From Tubiluchus corallicola (taxonomy: Eukaryota > Animalia > Priapulida), in contig JAQGDQ010000298.1 in the NCBI GenBank assembly GCA_030141605.1, positions 1-64,000 of the forward strand: DNA of 64,000 nt, written 5' to 3'. Below are positions 1 through 13,000 of this stretch, in pieces. Position 1 is the stretch's first letter, and each line of letters starts with the position of its first letter. The translations under genes were made by a program, and so were the position numbers. The notes under the pieces were generated by a model. The model made no database searches, had not been told where the DNA came from, and saw nothing but the letters and a program-made list of their open reading frames with translations.

Positions 1-967
1 ACTATCCGTTTTCCTTCCAAACGTTTTGTATTATATTTCTGAAAGTCAGTGAGAACAAGATATTTCAAAGTTGAGCAATGGGAAATGGGCAATGGACTCT
101 TGGAGAAAGAGTCGTTATCACATACTTGACCTTGACCTCTGTGTTAGAGGTCTTACAACATTTGTTGATAGTCCTACATTTACTCAAAACCACTTTTACA
201 GACATTCAACAGACAATGAATAAATACTGAGGCTAAAATGCACCATCACACAGCAGTTACTTCGACTTTCAAACATAACCTGCATCAAAATAGGTACATA
301 TTAATTACACGGGAGAATAAGCGTACACAATTTCTTCTTACTATATTAAAATAAACAGAGTTATTTTAATGAAGAACACTAGCAGAATTACACAGTTAAA
401 TTTAAACATGACATAGCTCAACAGATTCAGTTATTATCATTATATCATTTGTCTAAGACATTACTAGATAGCACTTTGCGAAGCCAATCACACATTTCTG
501 TCTATGTTCAAGTAACCGAAATTAACTAGTAACATAGACGGTAATGGTGGACGTCAATCTCGACTGATGGCAATCTTCAATCTGACAAGAGTAAAAAATC
601 ACTGTCGGGCATTGCTATGTACATATGGGTTGCACACTTGCACATTTATACAGTTCATTATTTAAAGCAACGGTTTAGTTACACGCTAAACGTTGACTGT
701 TAATTCATTTCACTTGCAATGGATATTAATAATAGGTTTTAATAATATTAAAATTTATTGATTACCTACTAGTCTGCTATTGTTTAATATTAGTATTAAT
801 TAGTATTATGATGTGGATTAAATTTAACTTTATATATAGTTGATGGACCACCATTGCGAGTCGTAGCACAACAATCCCAATACAGAAAAGTCTCTCTTTC
901 TTAAAACTTATTAAGGAAAAGGCCGTTATCGCCTAAATGAACCAACGTGAACAGTGCTTTAAAGTAC

Positions 968-1064
968 CTTTCTTAAGGTTTCTAGATGTATTTGAATGGC
1001 TATTTCAGCTCGTATTCTAGCAGGCAGTATGTCTAGGCAGCTCAAGTCATCAAGGCCATTATTT
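968..1064 (-). CDS. Exon encoding a cyclic-nucleotide-gated (CNG) channel C-linker-like segment
   Basis: ttgcag|A AAT AAT...AGA AAG|gtactt translates to NNGLDDLSCLDILPARIRAEIAIQIHLETLRK, close to the CNG alpha-subunit C-linker motif LPDKLRAEIAIxVHLDTLKK that precedes the nucleotide-binding domain. Confidence 0.75.
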
Positions 1065-4000
1065 CTGCAATGTTAGCAAGAATCAATAAGTCGTCCTATA
1101 AATGATATTGACCAATAATGCTATAAATGGGATCAAGTGATACGTGTGATGTAGTCATTTACATCTAATAATAGTCATAATACAGTAAAAGAACGGATTG
1201 TGCAAAACAGTTCTTTGAAATTAATAAAAATACACTGCATGTGCAGAAATTAATAAAAATTTATAGTTATTACAGTAGTACAGGACACAAAAAATTAGCT
1301 AGTGAGCCTAGTTTCTAAGGAAAAATTTAGTTTCATTCATTCATTCGTTCATTCTATTATCTACCTAAGCAGATAGATAGTTATTATACCTGCTCACAAA
1401 TACCAGTTTATTTGTTTGTTTGTTCATTTTTCACGTTTGTGTGACGGTTGGTTAGTTGGGTTAACTGATTGACTGATTGACAACTGACTTGACTATGACT
1501 GACTGACTGACTGACTGACTGACTGACTGCCTGACTGACTGACTGACTGACTGACTGCCTGTCTGACTGACTGACTGACTGACTGACTGACTGACTGACT
1601 GACTGACTGACTGACTGACTGACTGACTGACTGACTGACTGACTGACTGACTGACTGACTGACTGACTGACTGACTGACTGACTGACTGACTGACTGACT
1701 GACTGACTGACTGACTGACAGACAGACCGACCGACCGACCGACTGACTGATTAATAGATAGGCAAGTAGGTAGGTAGGCATATATGTAGGTAGGTAAGTT
1801 GATAAGTAGGTAAGTAGGTAGGTAGATAGGTAAGTAGGTAGGTAGGTAGGTGAGCAATACGTAACTGAACGAAGTACGTTAGATTAAGGTATTGCTTGAA
1901 ATTTTGGAAATGGGCTTATACAGTCAAACCTCTTTATTATTTCTCCTACTTTGGGACTGCACAAAAGTTGGCATTATAGCAAGTTTGGTATTATTTATTT
2001 ATTTATTTATTAAATATATCTACAACGATCATTACAGCAGTGCACATAAAGGAATTTAATAACATATTTATTATTATGTACACAAGATGCCAAGCTGCAA
2101 ATGACCCGTGGGGTACTCAAGAAGTAATTACTTGTTCAGAGCACCCCAAATGAATGTGGATTGAGTGTAGTAGAAAAGAGCAATAAAGGAGTAGAAAAGA
2201 AAGGTTAATAGAGAATAGAAAGAAAGAGAAAGATGTGATGGTATCTGTATGAAGTAACGTGAACTAGAGAAATGTTATTCCAAAGTCTAGGGCCAGTGTT
2301 AGTGATGAAATGCCTTGCCTCGTCAGTCCTGCAATACTTAATAAGAAATTCATTAAATCTTGTTGAGTAATGTCTTACGTTAATAGATAATGGGTTTAAA
2401 AAGAAAGCGGGAAGAAGTTTATGTTTGGTTTCGTAGATATAAACAGCGGTATTCAGGGTATAACAAGATACATTAATAGATACGTCTATGTTTTGTTAAA
2501 AATACTTTGCTTTGTAAAAATTTGGGCGTTAAGCGAAGTTGGCATTAGAAACAGAGGCGTGTGAAGACTTTACGATGCCTTAGGCTGATAGTTCAGTCCC
2601 ACCCATCTCTATTATGAATTTATGATTGTTTATGTGATGAGCATAATAAACCATTACTCGTGGTGTGCTACAAAATGAATATGAATATGAAAGTATACAC
2701 ATTTTCCGAGGAGGATAAGAATTTTTCTAAAATGTGACGCCCTCAAACTTTAGCGACTTAGGCCATAGCCAAGTTAACCTATTGGTTAACACGCCTCTGA
2801 TTATAAAGACGGTATTATAATGAGATATGACTGTATAGAGTAGATTCATATCAGGTGTGAAACACCATTGTTATTAAGAATGCAACACAATTTCATTCCA
2901 GCTGAAACTCGATAAAAATGGATTGTAAACCGTCTGAAATGAACTAAAGTTATGTAACACAAGCAAGATCTACTTTCATTTAAATGCATAATTAGACACT
3001 TAAATGCATAATTAATGCACAATGTTCTATCTGGTTGTATGTTTGTAAAAATTTACCACTGGTAATGACAGCAGTGGCTCTGTCGAAATGTTTGACATGA
3101 TTTTTTAACTACGTAAAATAAAAGTTTTAATAAAATTGTGGTGTTTTAACTATAAATGTTTTAGTGCCTGTCATAAAAAATATCAAGCACTTATCAAATG
3201 ACTAAACAGTTACTAAGTTGCAATGTACATAAATGACTGACACGATCATAACATTACAGAATATACATGTATTTCTAAAAGAGAAACTAGCAAGACTTGT
3301 TTCAAGTTTTCAACACTTACGTAAGCAAAAGTCGGGTTGTTTCCCCTGGATCATGCTGCAGCAAAAGCAAAATTGCTCGAATTCCATTGTTACGAATGGT
3401 TTCATTTTGCGATTTTACATAAGTGTCCACAATATTGGGCAAGTAGTACATCTGCATAATTTATGAAAATTGATAATTATAAATTAGTTTAAGTTGCGCA
3501 AGCGTTTACCATCTACAACGATGGTTGTTGCCTAAATTTCCCAGTGAAAACCAATGAAAGCTTCAAAAGCAAACCACCGGGCAAGTGATTATATTTAGCT
3601 TTCAGAGACAACAAGAATAATTATAGAAAACGAATGGATGACAGATTCAAGCAAGAGCATTATGCTAACATATTAACTGGAGACTAACACGTCTGCTTAC
3701 AAATAACATTGTACTTAATATGATTGGTTCTACGTACATTATAGTGAAGTGATGACATACACACTTTCTTCACAGATATAAAAAAATTTTGTTTTACTTT
3801 AAGCATGTTGAGCAAAAATATGGAGTCAATTATGTAGAGTTATTCACAGTGGCAGACTGGGTCTAAAATTTCTACCAGGAAAACTTGTAAAAGGGCCCAG
3901 TCAAAAGGACTGCATATTGTTTTAGTGGGAGTTTTCCATGTTGTACGTGGTAAATGAGCCACCTGGTAATTGTCCAAAATTCCTACTGTGCGCATACTAT

Positions 4001-7000
4001 ATTAACGACAACAACAAAAATGAAAACGAAACCCCCATTCCTCGTTTTTGCAATACATAATTTCATTGCAGATCTTATATTGCTGTTATGTCGAATAATC
4101 TGTAGTGGGCAATGTATAGATATAGCTATTTTTCATGATGTAATAACTATATTTTCCACTTTTACTTGATGCCTCAAATTGTAAGTTACTAAAGGAATAT
4201 TTCTTATAATGTACTTAATATCCCATAAGCCAAAACGAAATTTAAAAAAATGTCCTCAAAAATGGGAAACTTTCATCCAACAAGGAAGTGGGGATATTTA
4301 TTATCTACTGAAAGATTTATAGCATCAAAGAAGTGTTACTTAAATTTTCCCTGAACTTACGCAAGATTTTTCTTTTTTTCAGTTCTTACTTTTTTCAGTT
4401 TTTTCTAAAGTGATGGTCCACCACTTTATGGCCCAACTGGAAATTTCTCAGGTCCCAGCGGGCCATTCCGCCACTGATAATTCGAGTTTTTATATACATT
4501 TGAATAGAAGTGGCCCGTACCAAGTGTTTTTGAGTCAATTAGGCAACTGATTCAATTAACCATGAAGAGTGCATATTGTATGATGAATATATACTGCGTA
4601 TAGTTACCAATTTTCCACTGTTGCCTCTGCAACTGGCAAAATTTGCTATGGCTCGACTGGTGTGGACCTGTACTTCGGATTCGTGAGGTTCGCATAATAG
4701 CAAATCACACATGCAACTCAAAATTTCTTGCAAGCTTGCCTGTAAAATCAAGTTTAACTATGTACTGAAATTAGCAGAAAAGTACAATGTATTTTAAACA
4801 GTTACTACGGCCAAATCATGTTGAAAACACCGGTTCTCGTCTGATCACTGAAGTTAAGCAGCGTAGAGCCTGGTTAGTACTTGGGTGGGTGACCTGCCTA
4901 GGAATACCAGGTGCTGTAGGCTTGCGGATGCCCACACTGTATCTCGGCACTAGGCGACGGCGCTGCACAAGCAGCCAACGGCTAGAGGGCGGAGGAGGTC
5001 AAGTGACCCAACAGCCATGTGTAGAAGAGTAAACCTTCCAAATCAGGAGTGGAGCCTCGAAGGCGGACCAGTGCAGCATGGTCACCGACTCCGGCCGCTC
5101 CTGCAGCCAACCTGATGCCAAACATATCGCTCCGCTTTCCTTTGGACTACACCAGGAAGGAAGAGGGGGGTTCCTGTTGTCTGGGCAACTCAGGATCTCC
5201 ATACACCTTGCCCAGGCATGCACCCTGGAGAGGCCACTCCAGTGGTTCAACGACAGTCGACGCTGCAGCTCCATCAATGTGATCAATAACTGACTCTCTT
5301 GGTGCGCACTCCATTATCTTCCGAGACAGAAGGATGCCAACAACACACAGTAAATGAATTTTTAATACGGAAAGCACATATAGTAGCAATAGTTCTTACC
5401 TGATCATCAACGCTTGTAGCAAGGTTAGCAGCAAGACATGCTGCATTGCATAGCACCTGTCTATTCTTTGGTTTTGATGTCAATATCTGAAAAAATCAAA
5501 ATTATACGATATATAATGTTGTGAGCGTGTTTTGTATTGACATATTCATTTTAATAATGAGAAAACTATGATTCATAGTAGAATGAGGCCATCCTAATTG
5601 TTAACGATGTATGGAGATTTTACTTCTTAGAAAAGTGACTTGATTTTTAGAAGGCAGATACACATGTATTGTTTACTGTGTAATTCAGTATACATTAATG
5701 TCAGCCATCAAAACAAACCTAGTACAGTCCGCCAAGTAGCCACCACGTACAATATGCATTGCAGTTGAACAAGAAAATGCAACATGCCTGGATTATTCAC
5801 TTTAGTAACAACACATCAACAACTCAACAATCTGTACTTTAAAAAAAAATCAGAAAAAATAGCAGGCATATCATTTATACTACCCCAAGAACCATCAGGA
5901 GGACTGCGACCATGATATGGGTGGCAGCCATTTTCCTTCTGACCAGTTGCACAGTATTGCATAAATAATCACAAAAGTTGAACATTTCTTCCAAAACAAA
6001 CCACTCAAACATGCAAACTATAATCACCACAAGGATATCGCTACTCACTGATGAATAAGCAAAACTGCACATAACCAGAGCCAAATCATGACATTTTGGG
6101 GCCCTCAGCTAACGAAATTATGAGACCCTCAGATGGAACCACCCGCTAACTCTCCAGCATCCGTTGTGAATATATTTTACTTCTGATATATTTTAGCGAC
6201 ACTTGCATAGCTTGAAGTAAACTTGAAGCAATTTTTTTAAATAAGCAAGAATCCTTGTTTTGTCGATAAAAATATTCTTTAAGCAATACAACTACTTTGT
6301 TATTTATTGCAAAACAAATTAGCACGTATTTCAACATATAGCACATAGCACAACAATACTGAAAAAGGTGATGTTACCAAAGCTTGCAGGCCTCCCAAGC
6401 TTGAAGGACCCTAGGGCGTGGCCTATACTAGCCTATAAGATAAATCAACCTTGTATATAACCACTCCATGAAATTCAAACTAAATCCGATAAGGTTCAGT
6501 GGAAACCTATTTAGCTGAAATCCATCCAAACTTGTACGGCACATCATGATTATCTCAAAAAACGTACATTCACTAGCTTTAACTGACGCTGATTTCAAAC
6601 AATCTTGATCAAGCTGACTGGTCTTAATAGGAACTTCTCTTCAGTAGAAGGAATCTTCCTGAACATAAGAAGCTGACTGACAGAAACATTAGAACCTATT
6701 TTTAATGCAATATCGCTTCTAGGAAAAGCATATGCCTGAGTTTAGAATATTCTGATTCTACGTTAAACAAAAATAAGACCAGGTCATTACATTTAGAAGA
6801 ATCTTTCACCTCTGCAAGGTGCTTGCCACTGGTATAATCCTCTTGTATGATTAAGTGTCTGTGCCATTTCGTCCCCAGAGAAAGATAACACAAGACCTTC
6901 AGTGCTGCTTCTTGCATCTGTAACATAATAACATTAATTTCACAATAAAAATGCATTGCTAAGGTCAGTTTCTGAGCTTAACATGTAGGTGGCAGCACCA

Positions 7001-10000
7001 AATTTCACAAATAAATGCATTGCTAAGGTCAGTTTCTGGCATTAACATGTAGGTGGCAGCACCAATGTGAATTTACCCGTGAAGTTGTAAGTCAGGTCGA
7101 ACCTCCCTAAGCACGCTTACAGAAGCCTCAGTAAATGTTTACATAATTTTTAAAGTAGTTATTTATAATGTCTCTACCTGATTTATGTTCCAAGGATGTA
7201 TTAAGTAAAATTTACTTTGTTTTGTCTTAAACTGATCATAACTGGCGCCCAAGGCTACAGCCTAGTTAGCCTACTTGCCCTGCTCCTGATGCACGCATGC
7301 ACTTATATTACGTCTGCATGTTAGAGAAAAATAATTTACTGACCTGCTCATCTCTTGATTTCATTAAAGCTATTATGCTTTGCACAGTATTAGACGTATT
7401 ATCTAAAACCATTTCCAAGTTTTCTCTTCTCTCTAGAATGAGAGTTAACGTTCGTATCGCCAACAATGCTACAGCTTCCTAAAGAGAGAAAAAAACTGAT
7501 AAGCAGAATAGAATGTCTAACATTAAATGCAATGTCGCAAAAAAATTACTTTTCGATAAAGTAAGGCTCACTTCGCAGCAAGGACGAAAGGAAAACTGAT
7601 GCACAGAATTGCTGCCAGAAAATCAGAAAATTTTCTGAAAATTTCCAATTTTTCTCGAAATCCCATGCGGCAAGAAAGTTCATTTCACAGTGAAACTGTG
7701 CGTTTTTTTTTGTCTAGTGCGTCCAGTTAGCTGTATCTAAGTTAGTACGCTATGCTACTACATCTAGGCTACTACGCTATGCTACCATGCTATGCTACTA
7801 CGCTACGCTATTACGCTATGCTACTACGCTGTATGCTACTACGCTACGCTACTATGCTATGCTACTGCGCTACGCTACTATGTTGTATGCTACTACACTA
7901 TGCTACTACGTTAAGTTGCTACGCTATGCTACTAAGTTGTATGCTACTACGCTGTATTCTACTACACTACGCTACTACGTTAAGTTGCTACGCTACGCTA
8001 CTAAGTTGTATGCTACTACACTACGCTACTACGTTAAGTTACTATGCTATGTTACTATGCTATGCTACTGCGCTACGCTACTAAGCTGTGTGCTACTACG
8101 CCGTATGCTACTACACTGTATGCTACTACAAGGTAAGTTTTCAAAACCACACCTGCAAATTACACAGAGCCAAAATTGGCCGAAGAGCACCGTCTTTCAA
8201 AGCTTGCGTTTTCAATGATTCAGATTTGCAGAAGATCATTAAACTGCTAATGCCATCTATCTGTAGTTGGCTGATTTCACTGTGTGATGTTTCTTGTTTT
8301 ACAGAATCTAAAAACAAATAAACAATATTGTGTGAATATTTTCAGAAACATTCTAATTTTAATAACATCATATTAGTTTTAAAACGTAAGCTGCCAAATA
8401 CTGATGCGGTGAAAGCATAATCTAGGTCAGGGGTGTGCAAATTGCGGCCCGCGGGCCACTTGCGGCCCGCGAAGAGATTTGTCAACCTAACGAAAGTGCG
8501 GCCCGGGGTGATTAATTGAGTGTATCCAGCTGAAGTCCGTGCCAAATATAGTGCGGGTAGTTTTTTCTACTAGATCGGATGCCATTAACCCTTACAAGAC
8601 GGTTGTAGCTTAATGTCACTGTACTACACAGACTGTGTGATACACATTACTAATATGCATTGTAATGAAATTATCACTATCTGTCATGAAAGTAGAAATA
8701 TATGGATTGTAATATAAATTTTAATAAATTCTAAAATAGGTAGTTTCTTGAGTGTAGTAGTAATGATGTACGCAGGTAGGATGCAAAAAAAATCGTTATT
8801 AGGCCTTTCTGTACTTGGCTCCTTGATCAAACTGCCTGTGGCCCGCAGGAATTGCGGGAAACTTTAATGTGGCCCGGCTAGTCAGATAATTTGCACACCC
8901 CTGATCTAGGTGTTCAAAAGAAAAATCATGTCTGTTGCGAATCTTGGTACTCAAAATTCAACCACGTAAAAAGTGTCAGAAAATTCTGGTTCTAGTTTCA
9001 TAACAATATGTTAAAAGACACAAACGTTTTTGCCATCATACCTGTCCGTTTTACTAAGGTAGAAAGAAACTCAGTAATGCCTACTTGGTCTGACAACATT
9101 TTAGAATAATGCACAAAAATTCACAATAAATACGTGTTTCTGCTGTAAAAAGTTTCGCATTAAAATAACACCAGCACAACTTTACCTGTTTACCAGTGTA
9201 AGTTTTTTGCTCTTTAACAAAATCAGAAATCTACAATCTGCATCAAACAGTTATTATATCTTTATAATATCTCAATCAAGATTTTTAGTAAACAATGAAA
9301 AAACAAAATTTTCTGATACTGTTTCAATCGTGGATAACTCATCTGCTTTACTCTAGATATTCATTCTTCAATAACCATGAAAGCTTGAAAGGAAACCAGG
9401 ATGAAGTTTCTTACACACTAGCCGAAAGACACAACACTCGTATCTCGGTTTGCTGGACTACGCTTTTACAGATATCGGAAAAATCCGACAAAATCTGGTC
9501 CATCAAAAATCCCGCATACTATGGACACAGTCTGTTGTTTCGCGAGCTGACCGCTAGTTGGCGGGCCGTCACTTTATTTACATCATGACTGTAACGACCC
9601 AGTGCAATAAATTAGTTGACATTCCTGGGTCTGCCTTAGTTTGTTTATGTTTGTTTCAATATGGTCTTGGTGAGACAAAACTTACTTTATTTTTATACCT
9701 ATTTGCAATGCATTGAATTATGGTGTAACATTTAGCTGTTTCCCTACTACTAATTTAAGCACAATTAAATTAGGTACCTGGGATTGGCCTGACCTTCACA
9801 TCATCGTTTGAACTTCCGCAAAACCGGCTTCACTCACAGCCTAGTTTTACCTGTGCGTGTTTTACCTGTGTGACTAGATAGTTGTCGACCTAGTTTTACT
9901 GCTGAATGGTCGAACAGGAAAGCCAGTATTTAGGCTAACCTGCAATGTTTAACTAGAGTAAAGTTTTCTGGTGAAACGTTCACAATATTCTCTTCATCGG

Positions 10001-13000
10001 CAGTGAGCAATCGCTCGCAGATTCACGGATCAGATACAATGTGACATTTGCAAGCTGACAGTGCTTTCTGGGAGAGACACGGTTGTTTCTGGCAACGTAT
10101 CCGGCAATGCAGCACTGGCAAGACTGTGGACTTGTTCATTTAATTTGTAGCTACTTATCACGGGCCTGACAATAAGCTGATTGGACATAGAAGCATTAGA
10201 ACGTTCACAGCATAGGATTTCTACACTGCAACACACAAACTGCATTATTCGTTCCGCTAGTCACGTGACTACACATGATGCAAGTAGAGGATTCGTCGTT
10301 GAATGCTAGCATGTGGCCTGGAAGTTAGGCTACTAGGTACCTCTCATAATCAGTCAGTAATATTATTGCCAGTGCTTAAAACATGCGCTTAGTTCAGGTG
10401 TTTAGGTTATGTAACAAACTTTGACTTTGAGTATTTGCGTGCTACCCTTTTTTTTTGATATAGTAGACGTAGTAATAGTATTTGTAGTTTTTCTCATTTT
10501 GCTCTGAGTAGTACTATAGTAAAAACAGGCTTAACTATTTGATTATTGAGCCAATTATTAATAAGATTTACTGTTTCATTAAGTTTAATAATTACTGTTA
10601 AAACATTTATGCTGTGTTGAGTTGTTTAAATTCTTGATCACACCACGAACCATATCATACTGTCCAGTAGGCCCCCCGTAGACTACTTAGACCCTTGCCA
10701 CTGTCTGAGGTAGGAGGTCAGCTGGTTACATTTAAATACTGATTCAGCTCGGCCCTGGAAGATACCCAATTGTAACAAGTGCACTCAGCGCCTACCAACG
10801 ACTAGTTAAGTCTGTCGCTTAGTCTAGTACGTAACAATTACATCAGTGCAACCAAGCAGCGCGCAACGACATGCGTGTAGCTTGAATGTCTTGAGCAGCC
10901 CATACTAGACATATTTGAGACAATTAGGCGATTGATTCTACATTACTACGAGTCTAATACACGGTGCCTACTGCATCTTAAGCATACTTGCAGTTTTTGC
11001 ATACCTTCTAGTAAATGACAAATGGCTTTTATAGCACCACTGGTAGCCAAAAGATTGAGTAATGGTGCATGCATGCATAAACTATGTACACCTGATGCAA
11101 CACATGACTGTACCTCTTTATCGTACTTTGAACCGAGGTATATTAGTGTCTGCACACCTCCAAGTTCCACTACCTGTTGACATGAAAATCAAATTAAGAG
11201 AATTACTAAATAAAATTTAATAGTTCCAGTAACTTCCAAGAATCATTTCAATACAAAAACATAGGCAAAAAAATGAATATGATAAAACGTAACGTGAAAC
11301 AGAAAGAAACAGAAACGTAAAAACAATGATCCAAAACATGGCAAAATGGTAAAACGACAAATACAGAAAAAAGTAAAAGTGAAAAAGAAAAATACGAAGA
11401 AGACAAAAGCAAATACAGCAATCATATCAAGGGCAAAATAAAAACAGCAAATGAGCAAAAAAAAATGCCAAGCAGCAAAATGGCAAAAACATCAATTCAT
11501 AAAAAATCCTTCACCATCTTCACTACTCCTTTTTACTCTTGCGTAACTTCGACGTAAACAACATGACAGGAATAAAATTTCTAAGCTAAAAACTAAGTCA
11601 TATTTTTTAACATTTCTACAGAATTGCTTCTATGTGGAATTCTCCTCCAGCATTATAACATTTGTGCTTCATTATGAGCTTGGACAGTTAAAAACTGACA
11701 ATAAAATTCAACTTTTTGACGTTTCCAAGTTTTCATCTCTTTTTAAATTGTCTTTATTTACTTACGAATAAAGAACTGTTTATTTTATTGTGGCATGCTG
11801 CCATGCTATACAGTGACTTTTGTGCAAAATCACCTACTAGCAAAACGAACTAGTGATGACTTCCAACTGAACCCAAAAACATAAAACCATAAGAGATAAA
11901 AATTCTGTCTCAGAATCCTGCTCATTCAGTCTAAGGACAAACTGATGAGAATGATAAATTCTCATTATCTTCATCACTTTATCCTTAGATTGAATAAGCA
12001 GGATTTACTAGCCTATTTTTGCAGGCAAAAATTTCTGCACAAACATTACACAATTTTACATAGACACTAGAGTAAATTCTACAATATTAAGTTACACATT
12101 CTGTAATTAGCTTTTTTAATTTGTGCGTTTAACATTATTTACAGCGATGTTAAACAGGGAGTATTAAAGTGAGTGCTAAAATCAGGGTTATTTATGAAGC
12201 AAGGTTTGTGTCTAGTAACATAAAAATGCAGCTAAATTAATATACTAAATTATTAAATTCCCTATTCAATATTTAAGTCCATAAAGAGTTGCAGCCCATA
12301 ATCTCAAAAACTACAGAAATTAAAGCCCCACTTTACTAAAATTTAACAGCAAGATCTTACAAAGTAAGTAACTAGCAATATTAAATTTACATTTTTGGTG
12401 CAATACACAAGAAAAATTCTCATTGCCAAGGACAAAACAGCAGGTGGCGCCAAAAGTCGAGGAGTAAACTTACGTTTATGGAGGGGAAAAATGTATATTT
12501 ATGTAAAGAAAATAAAATGACACTGACATATTTAGACACTTTAGGAAATAAACAGTTAGCTAAATGAACACACCTTACTAATAGATGATAAATTTTGGCA
12601 AAACTCGGCAAGACCACGAGCAGCTTTCCGCTGAAACTCCTATAAAAATGACACAGAAACTGCACAGAATAGTAGAGCTAAATCAGCTAAGTGTCAGTGT
12701 TATGAAATGTCAAAGCTTCGACAATTAATATTAATGGAGTATTTGACATGAACATGAATTTCTTGTAGTGCAAATGTTGATGTATTTGAGAATAAGTAAT
12801 TTCTTATAAAAAATGTCAAGAAATCACGTATGTTTTAAAATCCAGACTAACTAATCTTGAAGTTTAAATACTAAAGCACACAATAGAGTACTCCTCTTGA
12901 AATTCCGTATTTGTAACACAATTGTTAAGATTTCATTAGATAATAATGTTTTGCTAATTTTATGTTGTAAACAATGAGCATAATTTCAAAAATTTGAATC

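Noticed and set aside
1408-1857. 149-aa and 106-aa ORFs (also those at 7752-8218, 23211-23573, 37886-38140 and 58152-58499)
   Set aside because: They are translations of microsatellites or tandem repeats.
4803-4923. Functional 5S rRNA gene
   Set aside because: It has no oligo-T terminator, carries substitutions, and is joined to the same downstream body as the copy at 24939-25453, so it is a SINE head.
9940-10245. Upstream CNG channel exons nested in FYVE-ARM introns
   Set aside because: The translations I checked here and at 5875-6084 show no CNG transmembrane, pore or A'-helix motifs.
11942-11950. Hammerhead ribozyme core (CTGATGAG)
   Set aside because: There is no correctly placed GAAA or three-stem junction; it is simply part of the long hairpin arm.
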